A DNA stretch of 64,000 nt from Psilocybe cubensis. Lineage: Eukaryota. Below, one piece after another: positions 37,431 through 49,100 of this stretch; the stretch's first letter is position 1; each line of letters opens with the position of its first letter. The notes below the pieces were generated by a model, which was not told the origin of the DNA, ran no database searches, and was given only the letters and a program-made list of their open reading frames with translations. Where the stretch lies: assembly GCA_017499595.2 (NCBI GenBank), contig CM039003.1, forward strand, positions 2,976,001 through 3,040,000. The letters run 5' to 3'. A program made the translations under genes and the position numbers.

Positions 37431-38164
37431 CGTTCCCTAGTCTTGACGTCGTCGTTGTCTGGAGCAAAGATGATGAGCCTGTGATGAGCAGCCAATGCTA
37501 ATTTGTGACCACACAACGCATGACTGTGACACACGACGCGCTGCGGAGTTTGAATTACTTCAATGATCAGCAGCCGCTCCAATGCATTCTGGCGTCGGAG
37601 GAAGCTATGAATCTTGCAGTGATGGCTCGTTACTGGCCTTCGCAATATCAAGATAATGGTGATAATAGAACTTGGAACTTAGAAGTCAAGAAGAATACCA
37701 GACATCGCAAGGCTCATTTAAAATTAAATTGACGCGAGAGAAAGAACGAACGCAAGATAAAAAAACAAACACAACTACACATTTGAAGCGACAATATATA
37801 GATACATCTCAAGAGCTAATGTAAACAGGTACGCATCGTCTTCAAATCTTCAATAAGATAAGATGAGGGGCGGTGGGTGGACTAGAATAATGTAAAGGAA
37901 TAATGGTACGGTACGGGATGATGGAATGATACATGTGTGCGCATACAGCGGCGGCGGCAATGGTAGGATAGTGATGTGTTATGACAAAAGAATGGAGTGT
38001 CTAGTTTTTCTTGAAAACTCTTGAATATATAAACACGGAAGAGATGAACAGATCGGCAAAAAAAAAAATAGAACAACAGAAAGGAGATATACGAACAAAT
38101 AGAATAATGCAGAAGGAATGAAAGAATAACCAGATAACAGAAAGAACCCAAAGGTAAAAATAAT

Positions 38165-41100
38165 CTAATGTTTGGCAAGGAGCGAACCCGGTTCGAAAAC
38201 GTCATGGTGCGGTAAGGACTGTGCGACCCCGATCGGAGGTAAGGAGACGAGGGGCTGTTGATTTGATCTGACCGGTGTGTATTTCTTCGTTCCTGCCCGT
38301 GAAACTGCTGCACCGTTGCTGTTGCCGTTGGTGCCCGTAGTTTTAGGGTTGAACAAGATGTGCCGCTCTTGGTGAAGAACATATGACTGAAAGCGGAGAA
38401 CTATTCTCAGCACAAAATCACAATGAAACGTAACATATATGGGACGTACACGAGCCACGAGAATCTTTTCAATCCAGATTTGTCCATCCTTTTCGTTGCA
38501 TGAGAAAGTGTGCATATAGTCCGCGGTATTTTCAAAAAATGACAAGTTGTCGGTAGATTTTACGGCGAATGCAAACGGTTTTGGCGCACGATGGTGTCGG
38601 GTGATGGTATACGCGTCAAAGTTTGACAAAGAGCAGATGAGAACCTCGTCTTTGCCCTGTAATAATTACGCGATCAGCTGCATGGTAATAATCTCAAAAG
38701 AATGTCGACCTACGTTATCACGTTTGGCTAGATACAAATTGTGTTCTCGAAGGTGCAACCACCGTTTGCTCCATTTGCCTCGTTTTACTTCCCATTCAAT
38801 ATAACCAGAATGGGTAGGGGAGCTTGTTGGAATGGCCTGGATAAAGATATGAGATGTTATTAACCAAACAGGTTTAAAACTGACGTACATGGATATTGAG
38901 TGGGACGGCTAGGGGAGTCAGCCTCAAAACAAAGTAGTTCACGCTTTTGTCTTTGAGCCAGGAAGACTGCACATCAGCAAGCAATTCATAGCTTCGGACA
39001 GGACGTTCTAGAAGGCAAAACATGAGATCATGTATGATAAAAAAAAGCTCTGAATGCGTACCCATTCCAAAGTCTTGAGCAACCTCGAAGACCATCCATC
39101 CGCCACTACCTGCCCAGCCATTCAAGGCACCTTGAGCTTCCATCATTGAAACAATATCGCCAGCGGTAGTTGTGGGCCCAATCTCAACCATGTGGAATTG
39201 CTGGAGGTTGCCTACAAACACGCGCTGCTGCGAGACCACAACTTTATTAGCGAGAGGCGGCAGAGGAGGCTGAGCAGGAGCGCTCCTGGGCGCGCGTTCC
39301 ACATCTCCGGATGTTCGTGTCGATGGATTGCGCCCCTCTGCAGTGCCTGGCCTTACATTCTTTCTTGGATCATCATGACTGGTTCGGCCGTGCATGCTTG
39401 CGGGTAGCGGCGGCACCGGTTCAATGGAACGTTCGCCTCCGGGCCTCGATTGAGATGGTGATCGTCGACGTGGAGCACGGGTCGCTGAGGTCACAGAACG
39501 TCCCAGTCGAGGGTCAGCATCTGCGCCAAAGCGTGGGTCATCCACAGGGACAGGGCGGTGGCTGCGCGTCGCAGATGTCACAGAGCGGCCTAAACGCTGC
39601 TCAGCTTCAGAGGGATGCGGCATTGTTCGTGGATCTTCCACGCCGACGGAACGATGTTCTGATGGGCGATGGAATGAGCGCATGGGACGGAGACTCGGAA
39701 CCGGGGGGACATTCGTTTGGCCCATAGGCGATGATGGAGAAAATTGGTGTTGTGTCTGCGTCGAAGGGTCTCTGATACTCCGGCTACGCGTTGCAGGAGA
39801 TGATGCCGAAGGCGACGCTGCAGAATAAGGAGGTAAAGGTTGATGATCAGCGGACGGCTTGGAGACTGATTTGGAACGTTGGCGCAGAGCAAGCTGTTGA
39901 TGCTGTTGTTGGAGAAGATATAACTGTTGTTGCTGATATGCCGGCGGCGACGCTTCCGCTAGTTGCACATTCTGGAGTTTCCTTGCCAAATCGTGCGGGT
40001 TGAAAGCACCCGCCGTGGGAGCCTTACCCGGCAGCGTCGTCGTTCTCTGTCTCTGAAGAGCACTGACAGATGATGCAGCGTGCATAGCAGCATCACGAGA
40101 GCTGGACCCAACGTTGCCATCTTGCATAGAGGGCCCGGCTCCAGCAGGCCGCAGCGTCTCCTGTCGCGCTCGCCGCTCTGCATTTCCGTTCTCCATCCGC
40201 AACGCCTTCTCCCGCTTACGCTGCTCTCGCTCCTCCCGGAATTGCCGTCGTATCGTTTGCTGTGCTGTCAATGCGCCTGGGATGCGTTGCGCGAGGGGTA
40301 CGTCATCGTCGGAGTCGCTGGTGCTGTCATCGTCCTCGCTTTCGTCTTCGGATGCATAGCGGCTACTGTGTTTGGAAGAAGCAGGGAAGTCCATTGGTTT
40401 TAACGAAGGAGATCTCGAGGATGCAGTCACGAAAGAACCCGTGACGGATGGCGACCGTAAAATAACAGACCCGCCCGCGTTTGCTCTGGGCGCCAAGCGA
40501 TTTTTCGAGGACGAGGCGCTGATTTCGCCGTAGTTGTCTGCACTGTCATCGTCGCTGGAAGAATGCGAAGTGATCTTGGACACACTGTCGTGTACATACG
40601 TACGCTCCAATGCTCGGCGCCTCCTCTTCTCTTCCTCTCCATCTTCATCGTCGCTATCTCCTCTCCTTCTTACGCCTCGATAGTCGCGCGATCCCATAGA
40701 ATAGTAGTAAGCGTTCGATGTGATACTATTGGCCTGTTGCGCGTGTGAACTGCCTGCTTTATACGATTGAGATATTGATGACGCTGCAGAGTGTCCACGA
40801 GAGCGATAGCCCGTAGAATCGTTGGGCTCGCCTGAGGCCCTTGGTCTCATAGTTGTAGTCCGATACCGAAGCGGATGGCCAGATGCTAGTGCGTTTGAAC
40901 GAGACATCAACTCGTCGTCGGAAGTCAAGGAAGTGAGCTGTGTATTGGAGTCTGATTCGGAAACGAGCGGTGATATTCCGGGCTCCACAGGTGACAGATT
41001 TGTGGAGGCTGACAGTGATAAATCGTGTTGGTCTGAAGAGGAAGAGGAAGAAGGCAAGTCAGCCGCTCTGGGGACTGTTGAAGTAGGCTGGCCGTGGGCG

Positions 41101-44100
41101 ACCTCGACACTCGTGGCGGTCGTGAGGCTCTCCTTCTCTTTCCCAACGACGACGTCACGGTGGACTTCTTCCGCAACTATAACCTTATCGAACCCGAAGC
41201 CGTACCCTCCATCGCCGTCCGTGAGTTCCGTGAGTCCTTCAGGCATACTAACTCCCCTGTCCGTCTCCGTTATGAACGCCGCGTCCCACGTAATTCCTGC
41301 TTCTCTAACATCTTCAACTGAAGAAGAAGATGAAAAGGCGTGCCTAGCAGACTCAGTATGAAACAACGATTCATCCTCTCCAGGACCTGCGTTCGGCGCA
41401 AAGAGTGCCGAGTGCCTAGGTGCCTGGTACGTACTCGCCAACGCGCGGGCATGGGAGTAAGGGTAATAGGTGTAATCGTAGTCTCCCGGGGTAGGGGACT
41501 GAACCATGTCACTGTCATCAGACAAGGATCGCGTTCGCGACAGACTGGGGTGGCTGCTGCTGCTGTGAGTGCCATCGCCTCTCAACCAGTCGCTCTCCGC
41601 CGAGTGTGCGTCGTGTCCTGAACCAGCCACGCTCTCGCCATCCATATCTAATTCGAGTGATGATAAACTTCGACTAGGACCCACGAAGCGTCGATATGAC
41701 CACCGCTCTTCTCTTATTCGCCCCTTGCTTTCCGCGCGATCATCACCCGTATCAGCTTGCTCGACAGCACTCGCTGAATCAATGGAACCCATAGATGAAT
41801 CAGAACGCGTCGAGAACGACCGGTTCAAGGAAGTAGACAAAGGGGGCGACGAGAACATCGCCAATCCTTGAACCACATCTGATTGTACACCCGGACCCTC
41901 CACCTCCGCCTCTGTGTTGTCGTCGACCAGCTTTCCAAGGTAGGAGTATTCCTCCGTAAACGAATTCCTATCGACGGTCGCTCCTTGCGCTGCAACCGCC
42001 AATAACCCACTATGTGAAAGCCCATCGTCAACAGGAATTGGCATAGCGGAGCCATTTCCAACTCCATGTCCATCCTCGCTGCACGCCCTGCTTGGGTGTT
42101 GATACCGATCCAAAAAGTCTCCAAAGTATCCATCCGACCCCTCCTCCTCTGCCTCCTGCTGCACAACTACGTCCTGCGCGTCTTCCACACTAACTTTGGG
42201 CGGCTCCGCCTCTTCGACTACCGGCAGGCGCGTCGGCCCTGCCACATTCGAGAGCGGCTGCAATGGTGCGTCTGGCGCAGCTATGGTCGGCGACGACGTG
42301 GACTTCCATGACGTCCCAGGATACCCAGAAACAGGCACAACCATCTCGACATCAGCGGCTATCGAGCCGAGCGCGAGGATCTGGCTCGGTAGGAGCGGCT
42401 GCGGCCTGGCTATTTTCAGCGGCGTGGGTGGTGGGAGGTGTAGCGGCGCGTGCTGCTGCGGAGGCGGGGGTGGAGGTGGATGCATGGGCGCTGGCGGTGG
42501 GGGTGGGTGATACCCACTCGTTGGCGCGGACGCGAACGTCGTCGCTGTTGCGGGTGGGGTGAAAGATGCTGAAGAAGATGATGATGAAGGAGATGAAGGA
42601 GAGGCGGGCGACAAGGATGGCGATCGCATGGATGGAGACGTCGATACAGATGGTGTGGAAGAAGTGGGGTGAGGGGGCTGTAGAAGAGGCGACGGAGACA
42701 CTGCGCGAGATTGAATAGGCGATGTCATGGTCGAAAGCGCAGGTGAATATGTGGGCGGAGAAACTGTAGAATTAGATGAATATGTTGGAAGTGGAGGCGA
42801 CGAGGGAGTCGCTTTTGACAGCACAACTGGAGGAGTCTGTACAAGGGCACTTGGGGTGGGTTCGACAACTGCATTCGAACCTGACACGGGTCCCGCTGCT
42901 GCTGAAGCCGTATTCGGAACATTGAAACTCGAATTCGAAGCCGACGCGCTAGGTGGCGGAGGCGGCGGCGCAGCCTCGTCGTCCGAAGGCAAATCCCAAG
43001 GCTCAAACGGCAGTCCTGCACCAACACGTCCTTTTCGCACCTACATTATAATAATCATATTAACACAAATAAAACACGGCTTTTGAAAAACTTAATCACC
43101 TTCTTTGTCAGCACGACATTCATCCTCGCTAGTGTGTCGAGCGATGGCAAACTTGGCCTCGGGGAGAATGCTGGACGCTGGTGCGCAGGTCGCGCGCGCT
43201 GCGGGGGCGGGGCAGGTGGTGAAGACGGGGCAGAGAGTGAAGGAGTCTTCGCAACAACGCTGGAGCTTGACAACGATGAGGAAGAAACAACGGGTGATTT
43301 AGCCATGGAAATAGACGAAAGAGACGGCGATTTTGAGAGCGTTGTCAGAGAAAGCGTAGAGGTCGACGCGGACGGCGCGTTATGAGCGATCGGTGAGGAG
43401 GGTAGATGCACCGGTGCATGTCCAACAAGCGAAGAGGGACTTGAAATTGAACTTGTACTTGCGCTACTAGGTGTGATGGTCATATCCGACGACACAGACG
43501 ATGAGATGGCCCCAGCCACCGACGGTAACATCACTGGCGATTCATGCAACGGCGAGCGAGGGATCGGGATGGGTGGCGGCGGAAGTGGGACGACCACAGG
43601 CGCAGGCGCAGGCGGTGGGTGCGGGTGGTGGTGAAATCGACCTAGGCCCATTGACTCGGACGGCGCCGATGTGAGATTTGCGAATGGGTCGTCGTCAATC
43701 AGGAACGCGGGGGGTGGCGAGCTGCGTGGAGAGAGTGGGGTCGTGGACGGAGATGAGGGAGAAGAGACAGATGGGATGTCGGTCGCGACGAAGGGGGGTG
43801 ATGTGATGAACGAGGTTGTGGAGGGCGAGTGTAGTGAAGAGGCCATGCTCAGACTCATACTCATGCTAAATGTCATACTCCGTTTCCGCTGGTGCCCTTC
43901 GCTCGTCGCGTTGCTGACTGCACTGGAGTTCGAGATTGCATTCGCGCTGCCATGGCTCGCCTTTGACTGGCTTCCTGCAGCCGACAGTGCACGCATCCTT
44001 GACGCGTACTTCACGGTCCCGTGCCCTTGTCCAGGCACAGCAGTAGATGTTGATGGCGTAGACGTCGCTTCAGGTGTCAGCGGGGGCGTTGTACCACCGA

Positions 44101-45144
44101 TGGCGGATTGCAGGAAGGATGGCACGAAAATAGACTGGAGCGACCCGCGTTTTTTGGACATGGTGGGTGATGTGGGCGTGGGCGGCGGGTTCTGAATCTC
44201 TAAGGGTGCGGGCGTTGGGAACAGGATAGATCTATTTTCAGGTCTAGGCGTAAATGCAGAGATGGACGGGGATGCCTTGTCGCGTCTTGATGAGGACGAA
44301 ATGAGGTCAGACGCGCGTGGAGGTGGAGACGGAGATCTTGATGGTGGTTTCGTGACGTCGTAATAGTACTGGTATATGTCAGCGTAATATTCCTCTTCCT
44401 GGCTTAATCTATGGGTGATTGAGGCGGTGGTGTTACAGGGAGTAGTACAGGCAGAATTTGTGCCACAAGAACTGGAAGGGGAAGTAGTGGTGGTGGAAGC
44501 AGGACTAAGGACAGGATAGTCGTGCTGGAACTGGGCGTCCTGTTTCCCAGAAATGCGAGACTGGAGAAAGACAGAAAAAAGAGACGCGTGAGTAAAGTAA
44601 ACAAAGGTAAGGTATGTGTAAGCGGTATGCTATCAGGGCTGCGCCTCGAGTCACTGGTCTGCCAGGACGGTTAGGATATGTTGATGTTAAACAAGTGAAC
44701 ATAGACGCAAGGCAAAATTTCCGAGCGAAACGGCGACTAAAACCCCCTCATACTCCGAGCGGATGTCATGGATATCGATCTCTGGATACTTCAGACACCG
44801 CGCTGGCGTATGGATACCATGACCACGTAGCCAGTAATTGCGAAATTAAAGGCAAGACAGCTCGAAACACTTACCAAGAGCGTTTCCTCGTGCAACTGTT
44901 CCTCAGCTGAAACTCTGGATCGCGCAAGGCGCTCTCTAGGCGGGTCTCTGACCAGAATCAGGCTATCCTTGTCGATGAAGGGGTCGAGGTTGCTGCGGCC
45001 AATAGCAACAACCAATCTCTTCTTGTTGACGTTCCTCTTCTTCTTCGCCTTGCTCTCGTGCTCGTTATCGTTAATGGTCAAAGGCGGAAGCAGCGCAGGC
45101 CTCCCGCTCTGGCTATTGCTGCCATTGCTATTGGCCGACGCCAT
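38165..45144 (-). CDS. Large low-complexity protein with C-terminal Ras-association-like and PH domains
   Basis: GWMVFEVAQDFGMERPVRSYELLADV (RA-like); SGYIEWEVKRGKWSKRWLHLREHNLYLAK...FAFAVKS...YMHTFSCNEKDGQIWIEKILVAR (PH). The frame stays open upstream of ATG 44161 to an acceptor at 44561, joined by intron 44561-44874 to the ORF starting at 45144. Confidence 0.82.
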
Positions 45145-45769
45145 CCCAATGGTCGTTAATTAATAATTGCAATTCCGCGTGGGTGGTATCGCCCTTCGGA
45201 GAAACAGTTTTTTTTGTTGCCAAAGCAGGCGAACCAATTGCGTGGGGTCTCCGGTGCCGGTTGGAATTTGGAAAAAAATACGGGGTACAAAAAAACACGA
45301 TCAGATCCGCTTTCCTCTTGGTGCGGGTGCGGGTGGATTATAGTTATAGCGCGTACGCTGTGGTCGTTGGTGGTGTCGTTGTCGTGGGCGTGGTGGTGGT
45401 TCTGAAAGAAAGAAATGATATGGATAGAATTAGTGTAGGAGTAAGGATTAGACTGGGAAAGTCGACGGTATTGTGTGAACTTGAATGCTTGGCACATCAA
45501 TCAACGAAGTAAACAAACCGTGATCGACAGCTATTACAGCAGCGCGCTCATCACTGCTGTCTACCTTCACAGCTTCACCGCCGACAGTCAGTCTTGAAAG
45601 CTTGAAAGTTGACACTGCACTTGAGCCGAGTTGAGTCTGAAACCATCGCCTTGGTGGTGTAAATCTACTACGATGGTGCACAGCGCTCCTACTACCACCC
45701 AACGACGACCTCTTGACGACAATCCCCAGGTACGCCAAAGTCAACTTTGTTAAATTAAACATGAGAATC

Positions 45770-46068
45770 TGTAAGCCTGGAGACTTACCACACACGCAAA
45801 CACGCACCGCAGGCGGACGCGCACAACAAAACGGCGCACAAACGCGAGCCCAGATTGGGTCTCGCTAATCAACTTACAAAGATATTGAGACCGAAAGACA
45901 AAAGGGAAACAAATGACCTTCGTTGCTTGACTAGAACGCTACGCAACGAAGGTAAATATATTATAGTAATTTACTACACATCATGTATTGACTAGAACGC
46001 TACGCAACGAAGAGAGCGTTGTCCCTTCTGTTTCAGCGAGTGAGGCTGCCGATCCCGACAGCCTTCCA
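45770..46068 (+). repeat. 5' LTR (299 bp)
   Basis: TGTAAGCC...GCCTTCCA; reads identical to 51113-51411. Confidence 0.97.
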
Positions 46069-46125
46069 CTTTTTTTTTGAAGCCGACTACGTACCACCGC
46101 CGCACACTGTTACCGTTACCGTAAA

Positions 46126-49100
46126 TTGCCCACACTGTATACCGAATCGTCGCGGACCACTCGAGCGTCGACCCAACGACGAGAAGAGCTTGGATTACCC
46201 TCAGAGCTTGTTCCAGGCCTTACTGTTTTCCGCAAACCACGAACTGAACCCCAAGGTCCACCGCCGTCACCGTCTGCCTCATCAGTGAATCTCAGCTTCT
46301 CAGATTCAGCGACCTCTAACTCAGAGGACGAAGACCATACCGACACACACACTCCCACCGCGATCAGCAATCCGATCAGAGATCGACGCAATCGCCGCAA
46401 CCCTAGGTATCCCACCGTTGTCAGAGTCAAGATGCCAAACGATGACGATAAACCGCTCGCTACGGTTGTCCAAAATAAGATGAAGGACGTACCGATTCTC
46501 ACACCAGGGAAGATTGATCCTCTGGTAATGCAGCAGTGGGCGGTTGCTTGCCGCAAATACATGAAGCATGCAGCGAAGTCGCCAAAAGAAGTTGTGAAGT
46601 TTGTGGCCGATGGAATGCAAGAACCAAGACTGGTGGCTTGGTATCAAGCAGATTCCACACGGATTGATGAACTGCCGCTGGAGAAATATCTGGAGGAGCT
46701 TCAAGTGCTCGTGTTGGAGAAGAAGTGGGCTCACAAAGTCCGTGAACAGATCCTAACGTCCTATCAGGGCGACCGTATTTTCATCGACTGGAAGATCGAA
46801 ATGGAGAATTTGAATGCGATCTTGAAGACGATGGCACCAGAGGGGTACGCCTTCCCCAATGAAGCATTGAAGATACAGCTCGAGTCACACTTGAACCAGG
46901 AGCTTCGTGAGTCGCTCGGATTCGAGCCAGTCAAGGCCACCGAATTAGCCGCCTGGTCACTGGAAGTAAAGGACCGTGACGACCGCCTTCGTGAGGAACG
47001 TGCACGCACCCAACGTCAAATCGATGCGAGCTACGCAACACGAGTGGCTGCACGCAGGCTTGACAAGAAATCCTTGTTATTGCGTCTCTCGGATAGTCCA
47101 AATCCCAACCCTCGACCATCAAACAGCGAGTTCGATAATGGGGTGCGAAGGCCACTGTTACCTAAAATCACAGCAGAAGAACGTACATTACTCGACAATC
47201 ACAATGGCTGTACCAAATGCCGTCGATTTTACGTCAACCACCGCGCAAGGAACTGCCCAAATGGATGGCCAACAGCAAACGGATACAAGACCCTTACAGA
47301 AGAGATGGCATTAAAGGCACAACGTGAGAAGGATGCCAAAGAGCAGGGCACTAGGAAGTCCTTGCCCGTGGGGCAAATCAATGCTTCCTCCTCATATACC
47401 GTGCATGACGAGGAGACAGATTCTGATTCGTACGTCCCTACCATGTCTATGACCGTTCCGCACCTCTTTCCAGTTATGGAGATTGAGGGGCCAGCGGTTG
47501 TGGATTTTCCTCTTCGCATTCGACCAATGCTTGATACGGGATCTCCTTCCACAGTGATTGACGAGACACTCGTCACCCAGCTCGGCCTCCCCCGATATCC
47601 ACTACCACCCGCCGAGGACAATTTGTCATCGATTGACAATACACCGCTAGAATGCAGGGAGTATGTTAAGATTCGGGTTGCATCAGGAAACGGGAGCTGG
47701 ATATCACGGACACATAAAGCAAAGATTCATCAAAACCTATCTATACCGCTGCTACTTGGATTGTCATTTCTTTCCCCAGAAAATATAGTCATTGATACTC
47801 GGAAACGAACGGCTATTGATAAGCGTTCTGGATATGATTTAATGAATCCACCAACAAGAGATACTCTTGCTGCAAAGAGCACTGCTATCTGTGAGGGATT
47901 AAAGACGGACGCAGGGATAGATCAGGACAAACAGAGAAGATCGGCCATGGCAAAGGAACAACATCTGCGATCACAGGTCGAACCAGAGCGTGCAAAACAG
48001 TTGGTAGCAGCGATTAATGAGCAAATCAGCAACATTCAATTTCAGCAGAAGCTATTGCGCATGGACAAAGAAATGAAAGAGAAATATCGAGATCGCTTTC
48101 CTGACCGCCTACCAGACAACGTAGATATTCCTGATCACATATATCACCGGATACGATTGGTGGACAAAGACAAGATACATGCGGGTCGAGGATACGCTGC
48201 TCCAAAGAAATATCACGATGCATGGAAGAAGCTTCTTGACGAGCATCTGGCCGCGGGACGTATCCGACCATCCTCATCTGAATATGCATCGCCAGCATTC
48301 TGCATTCCAAAGTATAAAAACGGAGTACCTGACCTGTCAGTACCACCACGATGGGTAAACGATTATCGGGAGATCAATAAGAACACTATATCTGACAAAT
48401 TTCCACTTCCACGAGTAGATGACATTCTTGCAGACTGTGGAAAAGGCAAATTCTTTGCAAAATTAGACATGACCAACAGTTTCTTCCAAACACGAGTACA
48501 CCCAGACGACATTCACTTGACAGCTGTGCGTACACCATGGGGCCTATACGAATGGGTTGTGATGCCAATGGGCGGGAAGAATGCGCCAGCTACACATCAA
48601 CGGCGAATGACAGATGCATTACGGGAACTCATTGCACAAGTATGTCACGTCTATCTAGACGATATTGTGATCTGGGCAGACACCTTGGAACAACTATCAG
48701 AACGAGTAGAAAAGGTCTTGAAAGCGCTTCGGAAAGCGGGACTTTATTGTAATGCGAAGAAATCAGTCCTTTTTGCAACTGAAATTATCTTTCTGGGACA
48801 TGTTATTTCCGCAAACGGCATTCACGCAGACCCTGCAAAGACAGACCGAATCAAGAAATGGCCACGACCAACAAACGCAACAAATGTACGTGGATTTCTA
48901 GGACTCACAAGATATCTGGCTGTCTTTCTCCCTGCGCTCGCGGAACATACTAGCATCTTATCACCACTGACAAGCAAAGAATGCGATCGCGACTTCCCCA
49001 AATGGACCGCCGATCATGATCGAGCCTTTAACGCAATCAAGGAACTGGTTACAGGGGCGGAATGCCTCACTGTCATTGATTACGATGACCCTGAAGGGAA

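Noticed and set aside
45843-45900. Hammerhead ribozyme (retrozyme-like) in the LTR
   Set aside because: GAAA is present but there is no CUGANGA core
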